A DNA stretch of 63,768 nucleotides from Gammaproteobacteria bacterium (GTDB taxonomy: Bacteria > Pseudomonadota > Gammaproteobacteria > GCA-001735895): the NCBI GenBank assembly GCA_041569645.1, contig JBFFXR010000001.1, forward strand, positions 1 to 63,768. Direction: 5' to 3'. This document shows, in pieces, positions 1 through 10,020 of this stretch. The translations under genes were made by a program, and so were the position numbers. The notes below the pieces were generated by a model. The model had not been told where the DNA came from, did no database searches, and saw only the letters and a program-made list of their open reading frames with translations. Every line of letters starts with the position of its first letter. Position 1 is the stretch's first letter.

Positions 1-1
1 G

Positions 2-391
2 GTCGCGCTGATTCACGGCGATACCCTGTGCACCGACGATCACGACTACCAGGCGTTCCGGACGCAGGTACGGCGTCCGGCATGGCAAGCCGAATTCCTT
101 GCCAAACCATTGACGGAGCGCCAGCAGATCGCGGCCGGATTGCGCCGCGACAGCGCCGACGCGATGGCGCAAAAGACGATGGCAATCATGGATACCAACG
201 ACGACGCGGTCAGCCGTTGCTTCACCGCGCTCGGCGTCGATACGATTATTCACGGCCATACTCACCGGCCCGCAGCGCACCGGCCGGCGCCCGGGTTGAC
301 GCGCTACGTGCTCGGCGACTGGAATCCCGGGCCCAGCTATCTGAGCTGGCGTGTCGACACCGGCTTTATCCTGAGCGACCCGCGGGTCTAG
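2..391 (+). CDS. lpxH: UDP-2,3-diacylglucosamine hydrolase, C-terminal part (5' end lies outside the window)
   Basis: The frame is open from the window edge (VALIHGDTLCTDD...). The ORF 110..391 continues with ...IIHGHTHRPAAH...VLGDW, typical of the LpxH calcineurin-like phosphoesterase C-terminus. Confidence 0.85.
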   Translation, partial: VALIHGDTLCTDDHDYQAFRTQVRRPAWQAEFLAKPLTERQQIAAGLRRDSADAMAQKTMAIMDTNDDAVSRCFTALGVDTIIHGHTHRPAAHRPAPGLTRYVLGDWNPGPSYLSWRVDTGFILSDPRV

Positions 392-1185
392 ATACCCCGC
401 TCAAGCGCCGCCAGTTCGCTTGCGTCGAATCCCGCCTCGAGCCGCGCCGGCCAGTTGAACGGTCCGCGCAGTCGGCCTCCGAGATGGCTTGCGACCAGCT
501 CGCGAAACGTCGTTTCGGGGTCGACACCCGTTTCGGCGCAGCAGTGCCGATACCAGCGATCGCCCGTGCGCACGTGGCCGATTTCATCGCGATAGATGAC
601 CTCGAGGATAGCAACCGCCGCGTCGTCACCCGCCTGGCGGAATTTCGCGATCATGCCCGGGGTCACGTCGAGGCCGCGCGCCTCCAGCACCCGCGGCACC
701 AGCGCCATGCGGTCCAGCGCACGGTCGCGGGTTCGACAAACCATGTCCCACAGGCCCGCATGGGCCGGGTAACTGCCGTAGCTTCGGCCGCGACGCTCGA
801 GTTCCGCCACGAGCATGTCGAAATGACGTGCCTCGTCGCAGGCGACGCCGAGCCAGTCATCGACGTAACGCCGCGGCAGCGCGCGAAACCGGTAGACCGC
901 GTCGAGCGCGATGTTGATCGCGTTGAACTCGATGTGCGCGAAGGCATGCAACAGCCGGAGACGTCCCTCCGCCGTCGCGCTGCTACGGCGCGCCAGGCGT
1001 CGCGGGTCGACCAGCGCGGGCGCCGCCGGCCGCCCGGGATCGTCGATCGGGAGTATGCGCGACACCGCTGCGAGCCGCAGCTTCCCATCCCGCCAGGCCG
1101 CCCGAATCGATTGCACCAGCGCGCATTTGCGCGCCGGCTCGGCACACAGTATCGCAGACTCTACCTCGCGGTAGAGTTCAGCCAT
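388..1185 (-). CDS. DUF455 ferritin-like family protein
   Basis: Uses the internal ATG (MAELYREVE...) of ORF 388..1380. Di-iron-like motifs are present: LLHAFAHIEFNAINIALD, DEARHF, RDEIGHV. The longer N-terminal extension is Arg/Pro-rich and overlaps metZ. Confidence 0.8.
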   Translation of the reverse strand: MAELYREVESAILCAEPARKCALVQSIRAAWRDGKLRLAAVSRILPIDDPGRPAAPALVDPRRLARRSSATAEGRLRLLHAFAHIEFNAINIALDAVYRFRALPRRYVDDWLGVACDEARHFDMLVAELERRGRSYGSYPAHAGLWDMVCRTRDRALDRMALVPRVLEARGLDVTPGMIAKFRQAGDDAAVAILEVIYRDEIGHVRTGDRWYRHCCAETGVDPETTFRELVASHLGGRLRGPFNWPARLEAGFDASELAALERGI

Positions 1186-2356
1186 CGAGGCCGCGCGACA
1201 AATCGGCGATGATGTCTTCGAGGTTTTCGAGGCCGACCGCAACGCGTACCAGGCCTTCGCCGATGCCGGCGCGCTCGCGCACCTCGGCGCTGACCCGACC
1301 GTGGGTGGTCGAGGCCGGGTGCGTAATCGTGGTCTTGACGTCGCCCAGATTGGCGGTGATCGACAGCATCCGAGTCGCATCGATCACGCGCCAGGCCGCG
1401 GCCTTGCCACCCGCGACGACGAACGAGACGATGCCGCCGAAGTGGCTTTGCTGGGCTTTGGCCAATGTGTGCTGCGGGTGCGTCTCGAGCCCCGGATGGT
1501 ATACCCGCTCGACCGCCGGATGGGCTTCGAGAAAGCGCGCCAGGTCGAGGGCCTGGTCCGAGTGCGCGCGCATGCGCAGGTTCAGCGTCTCGAGCCCCTT
1601 GGCCGCGACCCAGGCGTTGAACGGACTCATGCTCGGGCCGCAGGTGCGAATCACGCCGAAGACTTCCTCGCCGACCAGCTTGGCGTCGCCGACGACCGCG
1701 CCGCCGACGATGCGCCCCTGGCCGTCAAGATACTTGGTCGCCGAATGGATGATGACGTCGGCGCCGAGTTCGAGCGGACGCTGCAGCGCCGGCGTGCAAA
1801 AACAGTTATCCACCGCGAGCAGGCAGCCGCGCGCGTGCGCGAGCTCGGCGAGCGCGCGGATGTCGCAGATTTCCATCAACGGATTCGACGGCGTCTCGAC
1901 GAACAGCATTTTGGTATTGTCGCGAATCGCGGCTTCCCAGGCGGCCAGGTCGGTCATGTCGACGGTCGTCGTCTCGATGCCGTAGCGCGGCAGGTATTTG
2001 TCGAACAACGTGGTGGTCGCGCCGAACAGCGCGCGCGAGCTGACGACGTGATCGCCCTGCTCGAGCAGCGCGAGGCACAGGCTCAGAATCGCGGCCATGC
2101 CCGAGGCCGTCGCAACGCAGGCTTCGCCGCCCTCGAGCGCGGCCAGGCGCTGCTCGAAGATTCGCGTCGTTGGATTGGTGAATCGCGAGTAGACATTGCC
2201 GTCCTCGTCGCCGGCAAAACGCGCCGCCGCCTGCGCGGCGCTGTCGAAGACGAAGCTGGAAGAGGTATAAATCGGTTCGCTGTGTTCCTGCTCGCGACCA
2301 CGCGCGTGGCCGCTGCGGATGGCCAGCGTATCGAATCCGGTATTGTCCTGGTTCAC
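1178..2356 (-). CDS. metZ: O-succinylhomoserine sulfhydrylase (Cys/Met-metabolism PLP enzyme)
   Basis: Full-length similarity to the MetZ/MetB family (SATKYLDGQGR PLP-lysine motif). I chose the GTG start at 2356 because GGAGA lies 6 nt upstream; the ORF track's upstream start at 2428 has no Shine-Dalgarno (SD) sequence. Confidence 0.9.
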   Translation of the reverse strand: MNQDNTGFDTLAIRSGHARGREQEHSEPIYTSSSFVFDSAAQAAARFAGDEDGNVYSRFTNPTTRIFEQRLAALEGGEACVATASGMAAILSLCLALLEQGDHVVSSRALFGATTTLFDKYLPRYGIETTTVDMTDLAAWEAAIRDNTKMLFVETPSNPLMEICDIRALAELAHARGCLLAVDNCFCTPALQRPLELGADVIIHSATKYLDGQGRIVGGAVVGDAKLVGEEVFGVIRTCGPSMSPFNAWVAAKGLETLNLRMRAHSDQALDLARFLEAHPAVERVYHPGLETHPQHTLAKAQQSHFGGIVSFVVAGGKAAAWRVIDATRMLSITANLGDVKTTITHPASTTHGRVSAEVRERAGIGEGLVRVAVGLENLEDIIADLSRGLDG

Positions 2357-2496
2357 TGAGTTTCTCCACTGGAAAAAACTCGGGAGGGATGTCGGGCAGA
2401 TGATTTGCGGGAACACCCTCTTTAGCACATTTATAATGCGAACCCAGGGCTCGCCGGCGCCTGCAAGCCGAGTAACAAATCGGCGCCGAAATATGA

Positions 2497-2525
2497 AAGA
2501 TATGCCCCGGACCTGGGCTTGTCAA
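2497..2525 (-). promoter_or_regulatory. sigma70-like promoter for metZ (TTGACA, 17-nt spacer, TATCTT)
   Basis: On the minus strand, TTGACA occupies 2525..2520, an exact 17-nt spacer follows, and TATCTT occupies 2502..2497. It lies immediately downstream of the yqhA-like stop and about 135 nt upstream of the metZ GTG. Confidence 0.5.
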
Positions 2526-2531
2526 GACGCG

Positions 2532-3032
2532 TCAGACCGAAGGTTTGACGTTCAATCGATCGGTCAGCGACATGCCGATGGCCGAGACGACGAACACCAT
2601 GTGAATAATCACGTACCACATAATCTTGTCGTTATCGGCGATCTTCTCGACGTTCATGAATACCTTGAGCAGGTGGATCGAAGAAATCGCGACAATCGAC
2701 GCGGCGACTTTCTGCTTGAGACTGCCCGAGTCGAGCTTGCCGAGCCACGCGAGCTTGTCGGCGCCCTCGTCGATATCGATGCGCGAAACGAAGTTTTCGT
2801 AGCCGCTGAACATGACCATGACCAGCAGGCCGCCGACCAGCGCCATGTCGATCAGCGAAAGCGTAACCAGAATCAGATCGGCCTCGGGGGCCTCGAATAC
2901 CAATGGGAAATAATGGATAACTTCCTGGAAGAACTTGATCGCGAGTAATACCAGCGCCAGCGACAGGCCGATGTATATCGGCGCCAGGATCCAGCGGCTG
3001 GCATAGAGTAGCGATTCGGCGAATTTTTCCAT
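2532..3032 (-). CDS. yqhA: UPF0114 / YqhA-family inner-membrane protein
   Basis: [38 protein letters not shown]... aligns with the E. coli YqhA N-terminus. The protein is multi-TM, and the start was chosen at MEKF. Confidence 0.8.
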   Translation of the reverse strand: MEKFAESLLYASRWILAPIYIGLSLALVLLAIKFFQEVIHYFPLVFEAPEADLILVTLSLIDMALVGGLLVMVMFSGYENFVSRIDIDEGADKLAWLGKLDSGSLKQKVAASIVAISSIHLLKVFMNVEKIADNDKIMWYVIIHMVFVVSAIGMSLTDRLNVKPSV

Positions 3033-3052
3033 GCTGCTTGGTTCTCTCGTGT

Positions 3053-3592
3053 TCATCGAATCAGGACCAGATCGTTGACCAGCACGTCGTCGAACAATTC
3101 GATGACATCGTCGTTGCGCATGCGAATGCAGCCGGCCGAAACCGGCTGGCCGATGCGCTGTTCGTCGGTAGTGCCGTGAATGTAAATGTAGCGTGAATAG
3201 GTATCGCAACTTCCCCCGCGGTTGATCCCGTCTTCGAGACCGTCTAGCCACAGGATCCGCGAGGTGATCTCGTCGCCGTCGCGGTTGTTGAAATCGCGCG
3301 CAATGCGCCCGCAGGGCTCGCGCGCTTCGAATATCGTCCCCGCCGGTTCGCCGCCGCCGATTTTTTGCCGTATGCGGTGAATGCCGGCCGGCGTCTTGTA
3401 CGAGTCGATCCGATTACCCACGCCCTTCGCCGCGGTCGAAATCGGATAGCTGCGCCGCGCGTCGGGATCGATGTCGACCCAATGCAGCTCCTGACGCGAC
3501 GAGTCGACAAACAGGATCGGTCGCTCGTCGGCGAGCGCCGCGTTACCCGCAAGCCTGAGGGCGATTTCGCGTTGCAGATCCTGCCAGCGCAT
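3053..3592 (-). CDS. L,D-transpeptidase (YkuD domain) protein
   Basis: This is the C-terminal 179 codons of ORF 3053..4384, starting at MRWQDL. The catalytic motif HGT...SAGCIRM is present. The start codon overlaps the purF stop by 1 nt. Confidence 0.8.
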   Translation of the reverse strand: MRWQDLQREIALRLAGNAALADERPILFVDSSRQELHWVDIDPDARRSYPISTAAKGVGNRIDSYKTPAGIHRIRQKIGGGEPAGTIFEAREPCGRIARDFNNRDGDEITSRILWLDGLEDGINRGGSCDTYSRYIYIHGTTDEQRIGQPVSAGCIRMRNDDVIELFDDVLVNDLVLIR

Positions 3593-5106
3593 CAGGCGTT
3601 GTTGTGCAAATCCATGCCGACGACGTTGATCGCCTCCTCGCCGCTCTCCTTCGCCGAGTCGTTGCGCAGGTCGCTGATCTTGCTGAGGTAATCGTCGTCG
3701 ATCGTGCGGGTGACGTAATCGCCGTCGAAACACGAACAGTCGAAACGCTTGATCGCGCGATTGCCCTTTTGCACCGCATCGATCAGGTCCTCGAGATCCT
3801 GATAGATCAACCAGTCGGCGCCGATGTATTTGGCGATTTGCGCCTCGTCGCGCTGGTGGGCAACGAGTTCGTGCGCGGCCGGCATATCGATGCCGTAGAC
3901 GTTCGGATAGCGCACCGGCGGCGCGGCGGAGGCCATGTAAACCTTTTTCGCGCCGGCTTCGCGTGCCATTTGAATGATTTGCTGCGAGGTTGTGCCGCGG
4001 ACGATCGAATCGTCGACCAGCAGCACGGTCTTGCCCTTGAACTCGATGTCTATCGGGCTGAGCTTGCGCCGCACCGACTGCTTGCGCAGCTTTTGCCCGG
4101 GCATGATGAAGGTGCGTCCGATGTAGCGATTCTTGATGAATCCTTCGCGAAACTTGACGCCCAGGTGGTAGGCCAACTCGATCGCCGACGGCCGGCTGGT
4201 ATCGGGAATCGGGATTACGACATCGATGTCGTGCTTCGGCATTTGCCGCAGGATCTTGCGCGCGAGCTTGACGCCCATGCGCAGCCGAGCCTTGTAGACG
4301 TAGATATCGTCGATGATCGAATCGGGGCGCGCGAAATAGACGTACTCGAAGATACAGGGACTCAGCCTGGCCGAAGCCGCGCACCGGCGCTGGTGCAGCT
4401 TGCCCGCGGTATCGATGTAGATCGCCTCCCCCGGTTTGAGATCGGCGACCAACTCGAAGCCTGCGGTCTGCAGCGCGACGCTCTCCGACGCGATCATATA
4501 CTCGATGCCTGCGTCGCTTTGCCGGCGGCCATAGACCAACGGGCGTATTCCACGCGGATCGCGAAAGCCGATGATGCCCTTGCCCGTCAGCATCATGACG
4601 ACCGCGTAGGCGCCCTCGATGCGTCGATGAGTCGCGCTGACCGCGGTGAAAATCTCGTCGGCTGTCAGATTCAGGCTACCGTACTTGTGCAATTCGTGGG
4701 CGAAGACGTTGAGCAAAGCCTCGGAATCGGATTCGGTATTGATATGCCGCAGATCCGACTCGTAGAGATCGGCCTTGAGCTTGTCGACGTTGGTCAGATT
4801 ACCGTTGTGCGCCAGTGTGATGCCGTACGGCGAATTGACGTAGAACGGTTGCGCTTCGGCCGACGACGAGCAACCTGCGGTCGGGTAGCGCACGTGGCCG
4901 ATGCCCATGTTGCCGGCCAGTTTGCGCATGTGGCGGGTGTGAAATACGTCCCTGACCTGGCCGTTGTCCTTGCGCAGGTTCAGCTTGTTTCCGTCGCAGA
5001 CGACGATCCCGGCCGAATCCTGGCCGCGATGCTGCAACACCAGCAGCGCATCGTAAATGGTTTGCGCCACCGGCTGGTGGCTCATGATTCCGACTATTCC
5101 ACACAT
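3592..5106 (-). CDS. purF: amidophosphoribosyltransferase
   Basis: MCGIVGI N-terminal nucleophile, a PRPP-binding motif ([13 protein letters not shown]) and 504 aa length. Confidence 0.97.
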   Translation of the reverse strand: MCGIVGIMSHQPVAQTIYDALLVLQHRGQDSAGIVVCDGNKLNLRKDNGQVRDVFHTRHMRKLAGNMGIGHVRYPTAGCSSSAEAQPFYVNSPYGITLAHNGNLTNVDKLKADLYESDLRHINTESDSEALLNVFAHELHKYGSLNLTADEIFTAVSATHRRIEGAYAVVMMLTGKGIIGFRDPRGIRPLVYGRRQSDAGIEYMIASESVALQTAGFELVADLKPGEAIYIDTAGKLHQRRCAASARLSPCIFEYVYFARPDSIIDDIYVYKARLRMGVKLARKILRQMPKHDIDVVIPIPDTSRPSAIELAYHLGVKFREGFIKNRYIGRTFIMPGQKLRKQSVRRKLSPIDIEFKGKTVLLVDDSIVRGTTSQQIIQMAREAGAKKVYMASAAPPVRYPNVYGIDMPAAHELVAHQRDEAQIAKYIGADWLIYQDLEDLIDAVQKGNRAIKRFDCSCFDGDYVTRTIDDDYLSKISDLRNDSAKESGEEAINVVGMDLHNNA

Positions 5107-5133
5107 GGTTCGCCCGTCCGGTCCGCGCCGGTC

Positions 5134-5622
5134 TCAAAAATCGAAGCTGCCGACCACATCGGCAGGGATCACGCCCCTGATCCATTCGGCCAGCTGTTGA
5201 AAAAATCCGACCGACGCCGAATCCCGCCACCATTCGGCTTCCGGCATCGGCGTCAGGCTCGCGAGCAGCACCACCATGGCGACGATCAATACGCCGCGGG
5301 CCGCGCCGAAGACCACGCCCAGGGCGCGGTCGGTGCCGCTCAGGCCCGTCTTGTTAACCAGCTGCGTAAAGATGAAGTTTACGATCGCGCCGACGATGAG
5401 CGTACTGACGAACAGAATCGCGAACCCGACGACATTGCGTATCGTCGGTGCGCTAATGTAAGACTCGAGCATCTCGGCCAGCGGCGAAAAATAACGGAAC
5501 GCCAGCACGCCGGCGACGATCCAGGTCAGCAGCGAAATCGACTCCTTGACGAAACCGCGAACCAGACTGATGAGCGCCGACAACACGATGATCACCAGAA
5601 TTACCAGGTCTAGCCAACTCAT
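5134..5622 (-). CDS. cvpA: colicin V production protein CvpA (membrane protein)
   Basis: 162 aa with four hydrophobic segments. It has the conserved position upstream of purF. Confidence 0.9.
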   Translation of the reverse strand: MSWLDLVILVIIVLSALISLVRGFVKESISLLTWIVAGVLAFRYFSPLAEMLESYISAPTIRNVVGFAILFVSTLIVGAIVNFIFTQLVNKTGLSGTDRALGVVFGAARGVLIVAMVVLLASLTPMPEAEWWRDSASVGFFQQLAEWIRGVIPADVVGSFDF

Positions 5623-5706
5623 ACCTCTTCTCGCTCGTAATCCGCCCCGGGTCGAATACCGATGTCGTCGCTCGACCCGCGGTCGTATCGGCGCAGCCGC
5701 GGGCGA

Positions 5707-6303
5707 TTATCTTTCATACTTCATGATAATGCCATCGATGTCGTACTTGGCCTTGACCTTGTTTTGCGCGACGCGCGTCTGGTCGCGATTGACGAAGGGC
5801 CCGAGCCTGACCCGGTAACTGGGTTTGCCGTCGAGCGTAAACTTCTCGATGAAGACCGCGGCGATCTTCGACTGGCGCAGTCGGTCGCGCTGCCTGAGCG
5901 CCTTGTCGCGATCCTGGAAACTGCCGACCTGCAGCACCCAGCTGTCGCCGCCGGCGCGCGCCTCGGGTTCGCTGCGCGCTATCGTGGCTTCCGGCGCGGG
6001 TGGCGGCGGCGCGTCGACCTCGGGCGCCGGGGCGGTCGCCGGCTCGGTAGCGGTCGCGGCGACGCTGCTGTTTTCGTCGACGTAGCGTTGCTCGAGGTCC
6101 GGCAGCGCCTTGACGCCGGTTTGCAACTCGATCAGCTGGGGCTCGAACTCGGGATTCGCGGCAACCAGCGGCTGCGGCGGAATGACGACTTCGAGGGTTT
6201 CCTTGCGTACGCCGGCACCGTCGAGAATCATCGGCAGGAAGATGACTGCGAGCGAGAATACGACCGCAATTCCGACCAGTCGGTGCTTAATGCTTGCTTC
6301 CAT
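5707..6303 (-). CDS. dedD: SPOR-domain cell-division protein (DedD-like)
   Basis: N-terminal KHRLVGIAVVFSLAVIFLPMILDG TM segment, a Pro/Ala-rich linker and a C-terminal SPOR domain (WVLQVGSF...YRVRLGPF). It sits in the folC-dedD-cvpA-purF order. Confidence 0.8.
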   Translation of the reverse strand: MEASIKHRLVGIAVVFSLAVIFLPMILDGAGVRKETLEVVIPPQPLVAANPEFEPQLIELQTGVKALPDLEQRYVDENSSVAATATEPATAPAPEVDAPPPPAPEATIARSEPEARAGGDSWVLQVGSFQDRDKALRQRDRLRQSKIAAVFIEKFTLDGKPSYRVRLGPFVNRDQTRVAQNKVKAKYDIDGIIMKYER

Positions 6304-7585
6304 GATTTGCCTGCCCGCCCGGGGCGGATATTGCGCGTTGGATCAATTCAACGGTTACGAAGGAGCCGGTGGCGAGCATTATATCTCGATTGCTCAAAGA
6401 TGACAGCGCGTGACTCAATGCGTCTGCGGGTCGCTCGAACAGCTGTTCTACCTCGACCTGGGCTTCGATGCGTTCGCTCAACCGCGCCGCGCTCTGGCCA
6501 CGCGGGCATTCCAGTGACAGCAGCCACCAGGCATCGACCTCCGGCGCGAGCGCGCGTACGAACTCGTCGGCCTGCTTGTCCTCGAGCATGCCCAGCAGCA
6601 CGACGACCCGGCCGCCGACCGGGCGCCGTTCGGCAATGCATTCGGCCAGCACACGCGCGGCGTCCGGGTTGTGGCCGACGTCGAGAATCAGCGAGCAAGG
6701 CAGCGGGCTCACAACCGTTTCGAAGCGGCCCGCGACACGCGTGCCGGCGAAATATTCGTCGACCTGCCGCGCCGAGTAGTCGCCGAGCGACAGCAGCCGG
6801 CTCAAGCCCGCCACAACCCCGGCCAGGTTGTGCGCCTGATGGCGTCCCGGCAGTACCGGCGCGAACTCGAAGTCGAGGCCCTGCCCGGTCCAGCGAATCC
6901 GGCCGCTGTCAAACAGACTGAAATCATAGTCGCGCCCGAGCCGCAATTCGCGGCAGCCGCGGCGCTCGATCTCGTCGCTGACCGAGCGCGGCGGGTCGGC
7001 ATCGTTGACGACGACCGAAATCCCGTCGCGCAGTATTCCCGCCTTCTCGAAGCCGATCAGTTCCCGGCTGTCGCCGAGCCAGGCCTGGTGATCGAGGCCG
7101 ATAGGCGTCAGGTGAGCGAGGTCCGGATCGACGATGTTAACCGCGTCCAGGCGACCGCCGAGGCCGACCTCGAGAATCGCGTAATCGGGCCGCCATTCGC
7201 CGATCAGCTTGAGCGCGGCGAGCGTGCCAAATTCGAAGTAGGTCAATGCGGTCGCGCCGCGTGCCGCCTCGACCGCATCGAAGGCAGCGCAGAGCTCGGC
7301 ATCGGTCACCGGTTCGAGATCGCGTTTCAGGCGCTCGTTGTAACGCAGTATGTGCGGTGAGGTATAACTCGCGACCGAGTAGCCGGCGTGACGCAGCCAG
7401 GTTTCATAGGCGGCGACGCTGGACCCCTTGCCATTGGTGCCGGCGACGGTGACGACGCGCCCGGCGATGCGCTCGAGGCCGAGCCGGCGGCCGACCTCGG
7501 CGACGCGCTCGAGACCGAGATCGATGGCCTTGTCGTGCAGCGCCATTTGCCAGTCCAGCCACTGCTCGAGCGTTGCGGGGCGCAT
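6287..7585 (-). CDS. folC: bifunctional folylpolyglutamate synthase / dihydrofolate synthase
   Basis: Mur-ligase-like P-loop VAGTNGKGS, 432 aa, and synteny with accD. Confidence 0.93.
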   Translation of the reverse strand: MRPATLEQWLDWQMALHDKAIDLGLERVAEVGRRLGLERIAGRVVTVAGTNGKGSSVAAYETWLRHAGYSVASYTSPHILRYNERLKRDLEPVTDAELCAAFDAVEAARGATALTYFEFGTLAALKLIGEWRPDYAILEVGLGGRLDAVNIVDPDLAHLTPIGLDHQAWLGDSRELIGFEKAGILRDGISVVVNDADPPRSVSDEIERRGCRELRLGRDYDFSLFDSGRIRWTGQGLDFEFAPVLPGRHQAHNLAGVVAGLSRLLSLGDYSARQVDEYFAGTRVAGRFETVVSPLPCSLILDVGHNPDAARVLAECIAERRPVGGRVVVLLGMLEDKQADEFVRALAPEVDAWWLLSLECPRGQSAARLSERIEAQVEVEQLFERPADALSHALSSLSNRDIMLATGSFVTVELIQRAISAPGGQANHGSKH

Positions 7586-7607
7586 GATCGTTACGCGCGC
7601 GCGTGGA

Positions 7608-8471
7608 TCAGGGTGCCGCCTGCCCCATCATCATAGTGCACAGCGAGCTGATCTTTTCGCGCATCTCGCGGCGGTCGACGATCATGTCGAGGGCGCCGTG
7701 TTCGAGCAGGAATTCGCTGCGCTGAAAGCCGTCCGGCAGCGTCTCGCGCACGGTCTGTTCGATAACCCGGGGGCCGGCGAATCCGATCAGCGCGTCGGGT
7801 TCGCCGATGTGGATGTCGCCGAGCATCGCGAAACTCGCGGAAACGCCACCCATGGTCGGATCGGTCAGCACGCAAATGTAAGGCAGGCCACGGCGCGACA
7901 GGCGGGTCAGCGCGGCGCTGGATTTCGCCATCTGCAGCAGCGAGAACAGGGCTTCCTGCATGCGCGCGCCGCCGCTGGCGGTGAAGCAGATCATCGGCAA
8001 GTCGTTGTCGATCGCGGTGTTGACCGCGCGGACGAATTTTTCCCCGACCACCGATCCCATCGACCCGCCCATGAACTGGAACTCGAACGCCGCCGCGACC
8101 ATCTCGACGCCCATGACCTTGCCGCGCATCGCGATCAGCGCGTCTTTCTCGCCGGTCTGTTTTTGCGCCTGCGCGAGGCGGTCGCGATAGCGCTTGTCGT
8201 CGCGAAACTTGAGCACGTCCTCGGCTTCGAGGTTGGGGGCGATTTCGCTGCGTCCCTCTTCGTCGAAGAAAAAATCGAGTCGCGCGCGCGCCGTGATGCG
8301 CATGTGGAAATCGCACTTGGTGCAGACTTCCTGGTTGCGTTCGAGTTCGGCGCGGTAGATGATCGCGTCGCAACGGTCGCACTTGGCCCACAGGCCCTCG
8401 GGCACGTTTTTCTTGTCGTTGCCACCCGAGGTGCGAATCTTCGAGGGCAACAGCATTTCGAACCAGTTCAT
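7608..8471 (-). CDS. accD: acetyl-CoA carboxylase carboxyltransferase beta subunit
   Basis: N-terminal Cys4 zinc finger (CDRCDAIIY...CTKCDFH) followed by a carboxyltransferase domain. Confidence 0.96.
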   Translation of the reverse strand: MNWFEMLLPSKIRTSGGNDKKNVPEGLWAKCDRCDAIIYRAELERNQEVCTKCDFHMRITARARLDFFFDEEGRSEIAPNLEAEDVLKFRDDKRYRDRLAQAQKQTGEKDALIAMRGKVMGVEMVAAAFEFQFMGGSMGSVVGEKFVRAVNTAIDNDLPMICFTASGGARMQEALFSLLQMAKSSAALTRLSRRGLPYICVLTDPTMGGVSASFAMLGDIHIGEPDALIGFAGPRVIEQTVRETLPDGFQRSEFLLEHGALDMIVDRREMREKISSLCTMMMGQAAP

Positions 8472-8492
8472 GCGTCGCTCCGCCGCTTCGGT

Positions 8493-9131
8493 CTAGTTTT
8501 CGCTTTCGTCGCCACGCTTCACCTCGCGCACCAGGGCTTCGATCAATTCGGCGCTCTTGATCCCCTTGGAGACCTCCACGCCGCTGCTCACGTCGACTCC
8601 CCAGGGCCTGACGCGGACGATGGCTTCGGCCACGTTCGACGGCTTGATGCCGCCGGCCAGCACCAGTGGATAGTCGAAGGATTCAGGAATATCGGACCAG
8701 TCAAATGTATCACCCGAGCCGCCCATGCGTCCAGCCGCGTTGCTGTCGAGCAGGAAACCGAGAGCCGACGGATAGCGGCCGGCATAGGCGCCGATGTCGT
8801 CGGTGCTCGCCATCGGAATGGACTTGAGGTACGGCAGCATCCAGCCGTTGCAAAAGGCTTCGTCCTCGTCGCCATGAAATTGCAGGCAGTCGGGGCGCAA
8901 GCGGTGCACGACCTGGGCGATCAGATCCTCGTCGTCATCGAGAAATACCGCCGTGACAGTGACGAATGGCGGCAGGCTTCGGCGAATCTCGAGTGCCGGC
9001 CCGAGCTCGACAAATCGCGGGCTCGGCGGGTGAAACGCGAGACCGATCGAGTCCACGCCGGCGCGCGCCGCGGCGTCGGCGTCCTCGAGGCGGGTGATAC
9101 CGCAGATCTTGATTCGGGTTCGACGGAGCAT
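8493..9131 (-). CDS. trpF: phosphoribosylanthranilate isomerase
   Basis: The ATG at 9131 (MLRRTRIKICGITR...) lies 1 nt after the truA stop. The TIM-barrel PRAI motifs are present. The upstream extension in the ORF track overlaps truA. Confidence 0.9.
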   Translation of the reverse strand: MLRRTRIKICGITRLEDADAAARAGVDSIGLAFHPPSPRFVELGPALEIRRSLPPFVTVTAVFLDDDEDLIAQVVHRLRPDCLQFHGDEDEAFCNGWMLPYLKSIPMASTDDIGAYAGRYPSALGFLLDSNAAGRMGGSGDTFDWSDIPESFDYPLVLAGGIKPSNVAEAIVRVRPWGVDVSSGVEVSKGIKSAELIEALVREVKRGDESEN

Positions 9132-9132
9132 T

Positions 9133-9915
9133 TCAGAATAATATCGGTTTTCGGGTCTCGCCTGGCAGTTCGAAGTTCTCCGGATACCAGGCTTGCACGA
9201 AGTATAAACCCTGCGCCGGCGCGGTGATATCGGCGCGTTCCCGGTCGCGCGCGGCAAAGATCTCGGCGAACCATTGCCGGCTCTGCTCGCCCTTGCCGAC
9301 CGCCATTAGACTGCCGGCGATGTTGCGCACCATGTGATAGAGGAAGGCGTTGGCCCTGATGTCGAGATATATCGCCTCAGCGTCGCGCGTGACCTCGATG
9401 GCCTGCACGTCGCGCCGGCTCGTCTGCGCCTGGCAGCCGACCGCGCGAAAGCTGGAAAAGTCGTGCTCGCCGAGCAGCAGCCGGGCGCAATCGTGCATCG
9501 CTTCGTGATCCAGCGGACGGAACTCCCAGCAGCAGCGATCGTGAAACAGACCGCTGCCAACCGGCGTATTCAAGACCATATAGCGATAGGCCCGCGCGGT
9601 TGCGCTGAAGCGGGCGTGAAAGCCGGCGTCAACCGGCCGCACCCACTTGACCCGGATATCGCGTGGCAGGCGACAGTTGCTTCCCAGCACCCAGGCGCGT
9701 TCGTCACGACTGGCGTCGGAGTCGAAATGCGCCACCTGCCCGACCGCGTGCACTCCGGCATCGGTGCGTCCCGCACAAACCAGTTCGACGGGATGATCGG
9801 CGACGAAGCCGAGCGCCGTCTCGAGGTGCTGTTGCACCGACGGACAATGCGGTTGGCGCTGCCAGCCGCAGTAGGCCGTGCCGGCATACTCGACGCCCAG
9901 GGCGTATCGGATCAC
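9133..9915 (-). CDS. truA: tRNA pseudouridine(38-40) synthase
   Basis: MIRYALGVEYAGTAYCGWQRQ... with the GRTDAGVHA catalytic Asp motif. Confidence 0.95.
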   Translation of the reverse strand: MIRYALGVEYAGTAYCGWQRQPHCPSVQQHLETALGFVADHPVELVCAGRTDAGVHAVGQVAHFDSDASRDERAWVLGSNCRLPRDIRVKWVRPVDAGFHARFSATARAYRYMVLNTPVGSGLFHDRCCWEFRPLDHEAMHDCARLLLGEHDFSSFRAVGCQAQTSRRDVQAIEVTRDAEAIYLDIRANAFLYHMVRNIAGSLMAVGKGEQSRQWFAEIFAARDRERADITAPAQGLYFVQAWYPENFELPGETRKPILF

Positions 9916-10020
9916 GTTGAATTATCCCGATGATGGCTTGCGCCATTATATATCGACAACCGCCGAAGCACTCGCCGATGCGGGCGAGCGCCGGTAGTCG
10001 GCCAGCGAAACGCGGGGATT

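Noticed and set aside
2357-2428. The upstream GTG start (2428) for metZ given in the ORF track.
   Set aside because: The extra 24 residues (MLKRVFPQIICPTSLPSFFQWRNS) are not part of MetZ/MetB N-termini. They would cover the U-tract and the GGAGA that sits at ideal distance from the GTG at 2356.
3604-5613. A 669-aa plus-strand ORF spanning the purF and cvpA region.
   Set aside because: It lies antisense to two unmistakable genes (purF, cvpA). Its translation is Arg/Ala/Asp/Gly-rich, low-complexity and has no family resemblance. This is a typical shadow ORF of high-GC DNA.
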